Positions 1 through 14,479 of a stretch of 64,000 bases of DNA are shown here, in pieces. The stretch lies in assembly GCA_002269645.1 (NCBI GenBank), contig NIVC01000814.1:248001-312000 (forward strand), written 5' to 3'. The DNA comes from Macrostomum lignano (taxonomy: Eukaryota). The notes below the pieces were generated by a model, which saw only the letters and a list, made by a program, of their open reading frames with translations, had not been told where the DNA came from and did not search any database. Position 1 is the stretch's first letter, and every line of letters begins with the position of its first letter. Made by a program: the position numbers and the translations under genes.

Positions 1-334
1 CTACTTGTTTAGTGTGATACCGCATAAACAGCACCTGTGTTTTGACTGATTTATAAATAGTTTATTTTTCATGAATTCTTGTCTTATCCTTCAAGCTGCT
101 TTAGAGTTTAATTTACATTGACTATTTTCAATAGATTTTACCGACACAAACTACAAGTATATGCACATGTCCATGCACATCTACTTAGTTCTCCTGATTA
201 AGTTAACTTGAAAATTATGTTTATTAGCTTCAAAATAATAGCAGTATCCCTTCAAATGACCCGCCATAACCTTGAATGATATGGCAACCTCTTAAAATGG
301 CAACCCCCCAAGTGACATGGCACCCCCCTCTCAA

Positions 335-1015
335 ATGACATTGCGTCCCATCAAATGTTGTGATATCCTCTCAAATGGCATGGCATCCCATCAAATGTTG
401 TGATATCCTCTCAAATGACATGGCATCCCATCAAATGTTGTGATATCCTCTCAAATGACATGGCATCCCATCAAATGACATGGCATCCAATCAAATGTTA
501 TGACATCCTCTCAAATGACATGGCATCCCATCAAATGTTGTGATATCCTCTCAAATGACATGGCATCCCATCAAATGACATGGCATCCCATCAAATGTTG
601 TGATATCCTCTCAAATGACATGGCATCCCATCAAGTGTTATGACATCCTCAAATGACATGGCATCCCATCAAATGTTATGACATCCTCTAAAATGACATG
701 GCATCCCATCAAATGTTGTGATATCCTCTCAAATGACATGGCCTCCCATCAAGTGTTGTGACATCCTCAAGTGACATGGCATCCCATCAAATGTTATGAC
801 ATCCTCTCAAATGACATGGCATCCCATCAAATGTTGTGATATCCTCTCAAATGGCATGGCATCCCATCAAGTGTTGTGATATCCTCTCCAATGACATGGC
901 ATCCCATCAAATGTTATGACATCCCCTCAAATGACATGGCATCCCATCAAATGTTATGACATCCTCTCAAATGACATGGCATCCCATCAAATGACATGAC
1001 ATCCCTTGGCATGGC
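335..1015. repeat. 40-bp minisatellite made of two related halves
   Basis: Unit ATCCTCTCAAATGACATGGCATCCCATCAAATGTTGTGAT; ATCCTC recurs at 365 and 405. Confidence 0.9.
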
Positions 1016-1809
1016 ATCTAAGCTTACTCTATCTGACAAATACCAGAGTGTAGTTTTATCGATGCCCCTAACTTCAGAAAGTCACAAGGCTTCTTCGTGA
1101 CCAAAAACATTGATGACTTAGATCCAAAGCAGTTATAGAATATTGTCATAAAAATTGACTCATTCAAACTGCAGACAACAATAGAAGTGGCATATTGTTG
1201 CGATGCAGATCATACAGACTAGTGTAGTTAGGAGTTTTTTCTTCGTTTAAAGGGTTTCGTGCGCTTTTGCAAAGAAAAGGTGCTCAATGCCAGCTCTATT
1301 CATGCTGTTATGAAAAAAAATTTGATTGACTTCAACTAAACTGATTTGAATAGCTGTGGCACGACTCCGCCCAAAACATATATTAATATAGTAGCTGGAA
1401 ATTGCAAATATTCACACCCTATCATATATAGTGTTTAAAGTACAAGCACATGGTCAAACAGTAAAAGCTACCTACACAAGGTAAAACTCTAATTCCCTTG
1501 CAATGATCTGTACAATCAAAGGACAGCTTGTATTTCAAGTATCCATATCTACTTTTATGAACCACTCGTGGATCGATATGCCGAATGAAGTTCCTGTACC
1601 TGTATGTACAGGCAGTTTATATGATTACACTCCTTTCCCAATGAAGAAGATCAAATGTACCAATATGATGGACAGCTGTGTCCTTGGGCAAACACTTTGT
1701 TGGAAATGTGTGAAGCATTGATAACTTGACTTATTGCTCTTGCAGTTTATAGCATCCTATTCCAATGTGTCCGTTAGGTTAATCAAAAAAATTCTTTTTA
1801 AAATTTTCT

Positions 1810-2330
1810 CAAGCATCCCATAGCATACTTAACCCCCCAGTCACCCACCTCACTCCCTGCCCCAGCCCCATAGCATGTTTAACCCCCCCCCCAGTCACCC
1901 ACCTCACTCCCTGCCCCAGCCCATAGCATGTTGAACATCCCCAATCACCCACCTCACTCCCTGCCCAGTCCCATAGCATGTTTAACCCCCCCCCAGTCAC
2001 CCAACTCACTCCCTGCCCCCAGCCCATAGCATGTTGAACACCCCCAATCACCCACCTCACTCCCTGCCCCAGCCCCATAGCATGTTTAACCCCCCCCCAG
2101 TCACCCATCTCACTCCCTGCCCCCAGCCCATAGCATGTTGAACACCCCCAATCACCCACCTCACTCCCTGCCCCAGCCCCATAGCATGTTTAACCCCCCC
2201 AGTCACCCATCTCACTCCCTGCCCCCAGCCCATAGCATGTTGAACACCCCCAATCACCCACCTCACTCCCTGCCCCCAACCCCATAGCATGTTTAAACCC
2301 CCCCGTAGTCACCCACCTCAATCCTTCCCG
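1810..2330. repeat. ~50-54-bp C-rich minisatellite
   Basis: Recurring CCCAGCCCATAGCATG...CACCCACCTCACTCCCTGC; source of the spurious ORFs at 1809-2423. Confidence 0.9.
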
Positions 2331-2799
2331 CCAACCCCATCGGATGTAATTATCTCTGCTCCTAATTAAATACAAAATATTATATATACTGTATACTAAT
2401 TTAGCACAAGTATCCGATACCATTGCGTGCTTGTTCTTATATAATATTTCTATAGGGTTTTTTGATTAGAAAATGAAGCAATGAAACCGAAGACGCACAG
2501 ATTGATAAGCTCGGGAAATAGATCAATATCTCGGACTTCAGAAAGCGAGATAAATAATGTATGCTTGACAGACCCTATCTGCTCTCTCAGCTCTTTGCTC
2601 GAGCATAATTAAGGATTGGCACTCGGTATAGATATACGTGCACTCTGTAAGATCGATTTTCATCACGCGATTAAGAGAACTCTTGATCAATACAGTAAGT
2701 TTGTGCTAATATATACGTATGGCTATATTTCATGTCGAGGGATTAGGCCACACAAAATAATTGAGAATTATTTTGTAGGCACCAGCCTCTCTAATTTAA

Positions 2800-3500
2800 C
2801 AACAGCTAGGGTGCTATATATGGCGCCAGTTTCTCTAAATCATAAATACAAGCGCTAGATATGGCACCAGTTTCCTCAATTCATAAATTCAAGCGCTAGA
2901 TATGGCGCCAATTCCTTTAAATCATAACTACGAGCTAATAGGTGCTAGATATGGCGCCAGCTCCTCTAAATCATAACTAATAGGCGCTCGATATGGCGCC
3001 AGTTCCTCTAAATCATAACTAATAGGCGCTAGATATGGCGCCAGTTCCTTTAAATCATAACTAATAGGCGCTAGATATGGCGCCAATTCTTTTAAATCAT
3101 AACTAATAGGCGCTAGATATGGGGCCAGTTCCTCTAAATCATAACTAATAGGCGCTAGATATGGCGCCAGTTCCTTTAAATCATAACTAATAGGCGCTAG
3201 ATATGGCGCCAGTTCTTTTAAATCATAACTAATAGGCGCTAGATATGGCGCCAGTTCTTTTAAATCATAACTAATAGGCGCTAGATATGGCGCCAGTTCC
3301 TCTAAATCAAAACTAATATGCGCTAGATATGGCGTTAGTTCCTATAAATCATAACTAATAGGCGCTAGATATGAGGTTAGTTCCTCAAATCATAACTAAT
3401 AGGGGCTAGATATGGCGCCAGTTCCTCTAAATCATAACTAATAGGGGCTAGATATGGCGTTAGTTCCTCTAAATCATAACTAATAGGCGCTCGATATGGC
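2800..3500. repeat. 42-bp minisatellite
   Basis: CTAGATATGG recurs at 3029, 3071 and 3113. Confidence 0.9.
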
Positions 3501-4051
3501 ACCACCCAAAAAAAGAGCTTAGAGGTGACTGGCACAAAAAATACAGGTGCTATACTACAGAATTCCCGGGAACCCTCCCACACAAATCGAGTTCACTAAG
3601 TACATGTGCAAAAACCATATTTAGCTTATCTAGCAGAACACCATAGGCTATCTAAGTAATCAGAAAGAAATTGGAATTCAGCATCTCTCTTGTCAACTTC
3701 TCCATCATTATTTTACCTGCATCGTGCAACTAACAGGTAAGCTTATATATTCGCATTTGGTTTGCGCCCACGCAGAATGGACTATTTACCAAAATGATAT
3801 TAATCCGATAGGATCAAAGCAACGGCTTTATCTACAGCTAGCATGCACAGTATATTATCAAAGCTATTAAGGTGCGAAACAAAAAGAATAATGATACAGT
3901 GAAGCATACATGAGGTTGGACAGACAGTGCAGGGCTAAGAAGCTTGGGCAACTATAGGTCTGCCCTTGCTCAGATACTGTTGCTCGATAATATTGTAAAG
4001 GAATGCACCAGTGATTCATTTTTTTCGTAGAGAGTTGAAAGCAAAAATTAA

Positions 4052-4381
4052 CTAGTTAGTCAGTTAGTTAGTTAGTTAGTCAGTTAGTTAGTTACTTACT
4101 TACTTACTTAGTTAGCTAGTTAGTTAGTTAATCAGTTAGTTAGTTAGTCAGTCAGTTAGTTAGCCAGTTAGTTAGTTAGTTAGTTAGTTAGTCAGTTAGT
4201 TAGTTAGTCAGTCAGTTAGTTAGTCAGTTATTTAGTTAGTCAGTTAGTTAGTCAGTTAGTTAATTAGTCAGTTAGTCAGTTAGTTAGTTAGTTAGTCAGT
4301 TAGTTAGTTAGTTAGTCAGTTAGTTAGTTAGTTAGTTAGTTACTTAGTCAGTTAGTTAGTTAGTTAGTTAGTTACTTAGTC

Positions 4382-4420
<39 letters not shown>

Positions 4421-4557
4421 CAGTTAGTTAGTTAGTTAGTTAGTCAGTTAGTTAGTTAGTCAGTCAGTTAGTTAGTCAGTTATTTAGTTAGTCAGTTAGT
4501 TAGTCAGTTAGTTAATTAGTCAGTTAGTCAGTTAGTTAGTTAGTTAGTTAGTTAGTC

Positions 4558-4588
<31 letters not shown>

Positions 4589-4653
4589 CAGTTAGTTAGT
4601 TAGTTAGTTAGTTACTTAGTCAGTTAGTTAGTTAGTTAGTTAGTTACTTAGTC

Positions 4654-4700
<47 letters not shown>

Positions 4701-4720
4701 CAGTTAGTTAGTTAGTTAGC
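4052..4720. repeat. (TTAG)n microsatellite
   Basis: Near-perfect TTAG/TCAG tetramer array. Confidence 0.95.
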
Positions 4721-5226
4721 AACTTTGTGCTTGATCAGCTCTACTTGTGGCTTTCTTCTGAGTGAGCATAGAAGCACTATGTGGTGTGTATTTCTATGGC
4801 TAAGGGTATGCGAACAAATGCATGCTGCTTACAGCAGGAAGCACCTATAAAAATCGGACTTTCATGGCATGAAAGCTAAAATAAGCCGCTAACTTATAAG
4901 GCATATGATTTTTTAACACACATAAACACTCGTGGAAGCAAGCAAAAGTGACACTACTTCTGGGACACCCCTCGTACCATCTAGATCTTAATTCTACGTA
5001 CTCCATGAGTCGGAGTCCCTATCCAGATTACACGTCTATGGTACTCCATGCGACGGCCAATAATTCCCTTTCCTAGGTGTTGCCCCCTATTGGACCACGA
5101 ACCGAACAGTCTGTATGCAGTGTATTAAAAGGACATGCCTCATGCTCGCTGGTTTCGTTAGCTAGTTCTATTTGTTAATCTGCCATTTCTCCTTCACAGA
5201 TTTCAATAATTATTGCGAAACAAAGC

Positions 5227-8200
5227 ATGCATTTATGGCGATCGTTATTTTCGATATTGCCAATAATCCTATTATCAATCGGATCTGCCGAACAGTTGGA
5301 TCACCGTAGTCGACAATTATTAATGCGAACTGTGTTAAACTTAGCCGGTCATGGCAACTACAGCTGTCGGAGTGTCTTATCTAGCGAGCTGGTCGAAGTT
5401 GCACCGGCGGCGGAGAGGGTTCACCTGGGCGAGAGGCAGCTCACTCTGGTGCTGCGGCTGACCGGTTGTCGTTCACTGATCCGACCGGGTGGCAACGATA
5501 GCGGCTGGCTAATCGATTCTGAGGATAGCGATGAAGCTAGGAAGTTCATCTTCCATGGCAACAGTAACAGCGAAGGTGAGACATTGACGTGACCTGACAC
5601 CAACATCCTGATAGTTCATTCAATGAATCTCACCTGACACCCCAATAGTACATCCTGACAGTTCAATGAAGCTCATCTGACACCCAGCAGTGCATCCTGA
5701 CACAGTTCAATGAAGCTCACCTGACACCCCAACAGTACATCCTGACACACTTCAATGAAGCTCACCTGACATCCCCCTACAGTACATCCTGACACACTTC
5801 AATGAAGCTCACCTGACATCCCCCTACAGTACATCCTGACACAATTCAATGAAGCTCACCTGACACCCCAACAGTACATCCTGACACACTTCAATGAAGC
5901 TCATCTGACACCCCAACAGTACATCCTGACACACTTCAATGAAGCTCACCTGACATCCCCCTACAGTACATCCTGACACACTTCAATGAAGCTCACCTGA
6001 AATCCCCCTACAGTACATCCTGACACAATTCAATGAAGCTCATCTGACACCCCAACAGTACATCCTGACACACTTCAATGAAGCTCATCTGACACCCCAA
6101 CAGTACATCCTGACACACTTCAATGAAGCTCATCTGACACCCCAACAGTACATCCTGACACACTTCAATGAAGCTCACCTGACATCCCCCTACAGTACAT
6201 CCTGACACAGTTCAATGAAGCTCATCTGACACCCCAGCAGTGCATCCTGACACAGTTCAATGAAGCTCACCTGACACCCCAATAGTGCATCCTGACACAG
6301 TTCAATGAAGCTCATCTGACACCCCAGCAGTGCATCCTGACACAGTTCAATGAAGCTCACCTGACACCCCAATAGTGCATCCTGACACAGTTCAATGAAG
6401 CTCACCTGACACCCCAGCAGTGCATCCTGACACAGTTCAATGAAGCTCACCTGACACCCCAATAGTGCATCCTGACACAGTTCAATGAAGCTCACCTGAC
6501 ACCCCAGCAGTGCATCCTGACACAGTTCAATGAAGCTCATCTGACGCCAATGAAATGTACATGTATTTTATCTTCAATCGAAAAAGGTTTCCCAAATCGA
6601 GCTGAATTCCCATCTAGCGGCAGTTTTTTAAAAAATCAACACTTTCCCAGCTTCTACAACTGCGCAGAGCCCCCTCCTCCAGTTGCCTACCATCTGTCTG
6701 TGTGAACCGTTTTCGGACCTCTTCACCGTCAACCCTCTGCCCTGGCGTCCTCTCGTCCCTATCTATTGAGGATCGCTTCTGTTTCTGATCCAAATAGCTG
6801 CAGTAATGGCCTTGCGTTTGTCTTCAACACACATATGTAGAAGCAGCAGCAGCAGGCTCTATTGAACAAGTATATTATATTATACACAAGCCTTTGGCTA
6901 GAATTAATAGTACTTCTGACTCTGCCTCTTCCCAGCCCATCGCATCGGCCGCCCTATATTACCCTCACTGAAAGAGTCTAAACAACCTGCTACGCGCCAT
7001 GGGCGATTAGTTTGCCTGGGCCAATATACGAAACCAAGTGTACATTTTGGCCCATTTTTATACCCCTGGCTGGGCTGAGCTGAATGCACTGCATGCACAC
7101 TGCGCTTATGGGCATGGCTATCACCAGTTAGAGCGGGCATCCGGCAACGCGCTCCTCTCCATCCCTCGCCATCCGGCCCTCGGGGTCTTTTGTAACTTCA
7201 CAATAGCAATCCGGCCCGTTTAAGGCTTGTGTCTCTTCTCAGCTCTCTTCTCTCTCTTCTCTCTCCCTCTTCTCTCTCCCTCTTCTCTCTCCTCTCTTCT
7301 CTCTCTCTCCCTTTTCTCTCTTCTCTCTCCCCTCTTCTCTCTTCTCTCTTCTTTCCTCTCTGCTCTCTCCCCTCTTCTCTCTCCCCTCTTCTCTCTCCCC
7401 TCTTCTCTCTCCCCTCTTCTCTCTCCCCTCTTCTCTCTCCCCTCTTCCCTCTCCTCACTTCTCTCTCCCCTCTTCTCGCTTTTCTCTCCCCTCTTCTCTA
7501 CTCTCTCCTCTTCTCTCTCCTCTCTTCTTTCTCTGGTCCCTCTTCTCTCTCCTCTCTTCTCTCTCCCCTCTTCTCTCTCCCCACTTCTCTCTTCCCTCTT
7601 CTCGCTTCTCTCTTCCCTCTTCTCTTCTATCTTTTTCTTTCTCCTCTCTTCTTTCTCTGGTCCCTCTTCTCTCTTCCTTCCCCCATTCTCTCCTCTCATT
7701 CTCATCTCATCTCCCCCTTTTATCTATCCTCTCATATATTCTCTTCTTTTTCTTCTCGTCAATGTTCACCCTTGATACACGAAGATGTTCGTGTATCGCT
7801 GACTAACGATGAATAAGGCTCCGGGAAGCTCTAAACGAATAGTTTAATATGTATGAAATTAAAACATATATAATATTATAGCAAATTTATGAAGATAAAT
7901 CTAACCTGAACAATTAGTTTCCAATCTAGATAACTCGTAAGTCTAGTAGCCCATGGCCAGACGGGAAAATTGTCCATCGGAACAACTTATAGCTACATGT
8001 AGTTAGTTAGCTTATAACCGCATTAGAACAGCAACGGCAGTACAGGAAAACAAAGACAGGACAAAAAATATAAATCTATCTAGAAATTGTAATCGCGAGG
8101 GAGAGAGAGAGAGAGTTAAGCTGCCCGTTCTGTAACCTAGCCTATGGCCAAGCCGCAATGCAATGCCATAAATACAGTACTGTGTTTGTTTCCTTACTTA

Positions 8201-11200
8201 TCTATCTATACCTAGTGTTCGTCCTGGGAAGAAAATGGATTTCTGCAGTTATGCATGAAAAGCTGATAGACGTACGCTCGTATCATTGTAGAATTGTAGG
8301 ATAGGTTGAGGATCGCCCAGTTGTAACTTTGAATGACCGCTTATTTTTGGGTACTAATTGTTCGGGACTGATTTGTTTATTTTAATTTATTCAACGTTGG
8401 ATATACGAGCTCGTAGATTCTGTTTTTGTTAAATGAGCGCAGAATACTAGCTTCTAGATAGCTCTAGTGAAGTAGTTGACCGTTCGATGTGATGTAGATA
8501 TAGCTATATACAGACTTACATTTATCGGCATTTTAGTATATGTAGACTAGCCATCTAAAGCCCCCCCCCAGGGAAGTATAGTACTTTAGTGCAAGCATCA
8601 ACTGGTAGCAAAAGGACGTAACTTCAACGTTTCAAAATGAAAATGGGGAGTTTATTCGAAGTCCTAATTAAGAACGAGAAAATTCCTAAATTTTTAATCT
8701 ATGGCTACAAATAAAGATTATGAGAAGCTGTAGTACACTGTATGCAGTACACTGTATGCCCAAGGTGGGGTCTTTTTCAAGTTTTTAGATTTAGTTACTT
8801 TGGTTATGCTGCCAAAGTAGATAAATTTTACAGCAATATTGCAGAAAAACGTGATAGCTAACCCCACCGCAGTAAAATATATGGCTATAGTTATCAACCT
8901 ACCGGGTAGGTAAGTGAAGTTCAGTTCCGAAAATTTGAAAATTTACTGTTTTCAAGAAAAAAAGCATTTTAATTTAAAACGGGCCTTTTAAAATTAATTT
9001 TCATAAACTCTACTACGATGAAGTTGGTCCGTGTTTTACTGCTTGGGCTTACAAATGCAGTAACATTTTCAGGTATTATACTCGGTGTACTCATGTAGTC
9101 CTTTCATATACTCGTATTTATGATTTTTGAGTTGAAAATTCGACGAGAAATCAGACTTGAGAGCGGATTATTCTCGTACGGCTGTTCAGTCCAATGACAG
9201 GGGGGTCGCCATGCACACCCACCCTCAATTACCCCAGCTAATGCTGGCACCCATTTTACGGCTGAGTGAACTGAAGCAATGTAGAGTTAAATGTCTTGCT
9301 CTAAGACACAAATTGCAGTCTAGGAGGAGGTTGTAGCCTCAGTTCAACAGTACCAATAAACTACCTCTAGCTGTCCACGAGATAAATTTAGCGGGCGCTA
9401 AGTAATATTTTTTTACAATCTGGAGAAAAATCTCGCAGGGAGAAAATGAATTGGATCTTGCGTGTGGGGATTATGTTTTCAGTAGATATATATCGAGTAT
9501 TTTCAATCTCTAGGGACCTGCATATATAGAGTAGTATGATGGAGGGGCCTGGAGAAGTCTGGGCTTATTCGGGGAAAGCCATATGGCTCTGCCGCGAGAA
9601 GCCTTCCCTCCAAAGTAATAAATGATGAATGACTTCTGAATCGAACGGATAACTAAGAGTTGAGCTATATTAGAATCTGCTAAGATATACAGAGTGAGTA
9701 TTGACCTATCTCTGTGCTCAGAGATCTGCTGCCTAGAACTTCTCTCTTGGTCTAAAAGCATTAGCTAGAAAAGAAATAGAATAATATGGAATAAGAGAGG
9801 GTTAAAGGAGCCTATAGTAATGAGCAAAACATATTGTCAGTGCAGAGAAAACATGATTAAAGGACGTTGGATAGCGAGCAGTCAGTTTTGTTTCAGACAT
9901 GACTACTAATTTATTAGTAGGAGTTTTTCCTTTAATCTAAGCTGCAGCACATTACTTTGAGTGAAATATTAAAGACTACGGGATACTGAAGACTATGCAC
10001 TGGGGCATACTGTTGGGGAATTGGGGATGTGTGATTGGGATCTGGGATTGGGGATCTGAGATTGGGGTCTGGGATTAAGGATGTGGGGTTACGGATGTGG
10101 GATTGGGGATTTGGGATTAGGGATGTGGGATTGGGGATCTAAGATTAGGGACTGGGATAAGGGATCTTGGATTGGGTATCTGGGATTAAGGATGTGGGAT
10201 TGCGGATATGGGATTGGGGATTTGGGATTAGGGATCTGGGATTGGGGATTTGGGATTAGGGATCTGGGATTGGGGATCTGAGATTGGGGGTCTGGGATTA
10301 GGGATGTGGGATTACGGATGTGGGATTGGGGATCTGGGTGGGATTGAGGATCTGGGATTGGGGATCTGGGATTGGGGATCTGGGTGGGATTGAGGATCTG
10401 GGATTGGGGATCTGGCATTGAGGATCTGGGTGGGATTGAGGATCTGGGATTGGGGATCTGGGATTGAGGATCTGGGTGGGATTGAGGATCTGGGATTGGG
10501 GATCTGGGATTAGGATGTCGGATTGGAGATGTGTGATTATTGGGGATCTGGGATTGAGGATGTGAGATTAGGGATGTGTGATTTTTGGGATCTGGGATTG
10601 AGGATGTGAGATTAGGGATGTGTGATTTTTGGGATCTGGGATTGAGGATGTGAGATTAGGGATGTCTGATTATTGGGGATCTGGGATTGAGGATGTCGGA
10701 TTGGAGATGTGTGATTATTGGGGATCTGGGATTGAGGATGTGAGATTGGGGATCTGGCATTGGGGATGTGGAATTGGGGATCTCAAATTCTTAAATTTCC
10801 TATTGCAGAGCGAACCAGCGCGGCCATCACCCTGAAGCAGACGGTGGTGTTCACCGTATGCGGTGCCATTATATCAGCATTCTTCCTGGTGGCAGCGATT
10901 CTGCGATTTCGGTGAGTGTTAAACAGCACCATAGGATTTGAAATTACCGGACAACTACTGTTAGTAGTTTGCTTGCAAATCTCAATTAAATCTTGCAAAA
11001 CCTACCTGAAGGCAACAAACAACACAACACTGAAAACACTGAAAACAACAAACAACACCAATGAAAACACTGAAAACAACAAACAACACAACAAAGAAAA
11101 CATTGAAAACAACAAGCACAACAAAAAACACGCTGAAAACAACAAACGACACACCAATGAAAACACTGAAAACAACAAACAACACACCAATAAAAACACT

Positions 11201-14200
11201 GAAAACAACAAACAACACAACAAAGAAAACACTGAAAACAACAAACAAGAAACCAAAGAAAACACTGAAAACAACAAACAAGGCACCAAAGAAAACACTA
11301 AAAAACACAACAAAGAAAACACTGAAAACAACAAACAAGACACAAAAGAAAACACTAAAAAAACACAACAATGAAAACACTGAAAACAACAAACAACACC
11401 AATGAAAACACTGAAAACAACAAACAACACAACAAAGAAAACATTGAAAACAACAAGCACAACAAAAAACACGCTGAAAACAACAAACAACACACCAATA
11501 AAAACACTGAAAACAACAAACAACACAACAAAGAAAACACTGAAAACAACAAACAAGAAACCAAAGAAAACACTGAAAACAACAAACAAGGCACCAAAGA
11601 AAACACTAAAAAACACAACAAAGAAAACACTGAAAACAACAAACAAGACACAAAAGAAAACACTAAAAAACACAACAAAGAAAACACTGAAAACAACAAA
11701 CAAGGCACCAAAGAAAACACTAAAAAACACAACAAAGAAAACACTGAAAACAACAAACAAGACACAAAAGAAAACACTAAAAAAACACAACAATGAAAAC
11801 ACTGAAAACAACAAAGAAGACACCAAAGAAAACACTGAAAACAACAAACAACACAACAAAGAAAACATTGAAAACAACAAGCACAACAAAAAACACGCTG
11901 AAAACAACAAACGACACACCAATGAAAACACTGAAAACAACAAACAACACACCAATAAAAACACTGAAAACAACAAACAACACAACAAAGAAAACACTGA
12001 AAACAACAAACAAGAAACCAAAGAAAACACTGAAAACAACAAACAAGGCACCAAAGAAAACACTAAAAAACACAACAAAGAAAACACTGAAAACAACAAA
12101 CAAGACACAAAAGAAAACACTAAAAAACACAACAATGAAAACACTGAAAACAACAAACAACACCAATGAAAACACTGAAAACAACAAACAACACAACAAA
12201 GAAAACATTGAAAACAACAAGCACAACAAAAAACACGCTGAAAACAACAAACAACACACCAATAAAAACACTGAAAACAACAAACAACACAACAAAGAAA
12301 ACACTGAAAACAACAAACAAGAAACCAAAGAAAACACTGAAAACAACAAACAAGGCACCAAAGAAAACACTAAAAAACACAACAAAGAAAACACTGAAAA
12401 CAACAAACAAGACACAAAAGAAAACACTAAAAAACACAACAAAGAAAACACTGAAAACAACAAACAAGGCACCAAAGAAAACACTAAAAAACACAACAAA
12501 GAAAACACTGAAAACAACAAACAAGACACAAAAGAAAACACTAAAAAAACACAACAATGAAAACACTGAAAACAACAAAGAAGACACCAAAGAAAACACT
12601 GAAAACAACAAACAACACAACAAAGAAAACATTGAAAACAACAAGCACAACAAAAAGCACGCTGAAAACAACAAACGACAAAGATATTAAAAAATTCAGC
12701 GTGTCTATGTCTTAATATAGATAAATCAAAAAAAATTACAATCGGAATATTTTCCTTGCAGCTACAGGCATAACTATCGCACTTTATAAAGCTAATCTGT
12801 ACTGAAATGTTATTCAAGCGTCAGTCAGTATGCGCCGGAGTTGTTATGACACGAGACAAAGGAAGAGAGAAAGGAGAGTCAACACAAACGAAATCTTACA
12901 CGAAAAGACAGTGCATTCAGTGCAAAGCAATATAGATTGGATTGATGGATACCTATTGTATTAAGCCACCGATAGCACAGTCAATGACATTTTATCAGCA
13001 AACAGATTCTTTCTAATCTTTATATCAATATGTCTGCATTCATGCTATGCTTCAGTGCAAACTCGTTCAATATGATTGCTGGTGCACTGTACCGGAATAG
13101 AGGGAATTAGAGATGTAGACCCTGCAGGGAGCTGGAAATTTGGGATTTGGAAAGCTGGAATTGGGATTTAGGAATCTGGAATCGGGATTTAGGATTTAGG
13201 AATCTGGAATCGGGATTTGGGATTTTGGAATCTTGAATTGGGATTTAGGAATCTAGAATTGGGATTTGGAATTTTGGAATGTGGATTTGGGATTTGGGAA
13301 TCTGGATTTGGGATTTGGGATTTAGGAATCTGGAATTGGGATTTAGGATTTTGAAATCTGAAATTGGGATTTGCGAATCTTGAATCCAGATTGGGGATTT
13401 GGGAATCTGGAATCGGGATTTGGGGTTTAGGAATCTGGAATTGGGGTTTGGGATTTAGGAATCTGGAACTGGGATTTGGGATTTGGAAATCTGGAATTGG
13501 TATTTGGAAATCTGGAATCGGGATTTGGGGGGATTTGGGAATCTCGAATCGCGATTTGGGATTTGGGAATCTGGAATTGGTATTTGGGATTTGGGAATCT
13601 GAAATTGGGATTTAGGATTTGGGAATCTAGTATTGGGATTTGGGATTTGGGAAGCTGGAATTGAGATTTGGGAAGCTGGAATTGGGATTTTGGAAGCTGG
13701 AATTGGGATTTGGGATTTGGGAAGCTGGAATTGGGATTTGGGATTTGGGATTTGGGATTTGGGAAGCTGGAATTGGGATTTGGGATTTGGGATTTGGAAA
13801 GCTGGAATTGGGATTTGGAAAGCTGGAATTGGGATTTGGGAAGCTGGAATTGGGATTTGGGAAGCTGGAATTGGGATTTGGGAAGCTGGAATTGGGATTT
13901 TGGAAGCTGGAATTGGGATTTGGGAAGCTGGAATTGGGATTTGGAAAGCTGGAATTGGGATTTGGGAAGCTGGAATTGGGATTTGGGAAGCTGGAATTGG
14001 GATTTGGGAAGCTGGAATTGGGATTTTGGAAGCTGGAATTGGGATTTGGGAAGCTGGAATTGGGATTTGGGAAGCTGGAATTGGGATTTGAGAAGCTGGA
14101 ATTGGGATTTGGGAAGCTGGAATTGGGATTTGAGAAGCTGGAATTGGGATTTGGGAAGCTGGAATTGGGATTTGGGAAGCTGGAATTGGGATTTGGGAAG

Positions 14201-14440
14201 CTGGAATTGGGATTTGGGAAGCTGGAATTGGGATTTGGGAAGCTGGAATTGGGATTTGGGAAGCTGGAATTGGGATTTGGGAAGCTGGAATTGGGAATTG
14301 GGAATCGTTTAATCGAGGAATCTGAAGCGAGTAAAATTACTGGCAATCGCAGCAGCAGACTCAAGAAGAAGCTGCACAGCCATCGTCGGAAACGTCGAGA
14401 GGAGGAGTGCGACAGCTGCAGCGGCTTCGGCGGCGCGATG

Positions 14441-14479
<39 letters not shown>

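Noticed and set aside
1030-1730. Short ORFs and exon-like segments (including 1503-1721)
   Set aside because: No consistent splice phases or recognisable motifs.
4052-4720. Telomere-like interpretation of the TTAG arrays (also 25755 and 56165)
   Set aside because: The unit is TTAG, not TTAGG or TTAGGG, and the arrays are interstitial and degenerate.
10916-12817. Long ORFs (up to 384 aa) on both strands
   Set aside because: Products of the A/C satellite, open in several frames, and inside an intron of the membrane-protein model.
13364-14352. ORFs of GKLELGF / WDLGSWN / PNSSFPN repeats
   Set aside because: Translation of a 21-bp array; only the part from 14353 is exonic.
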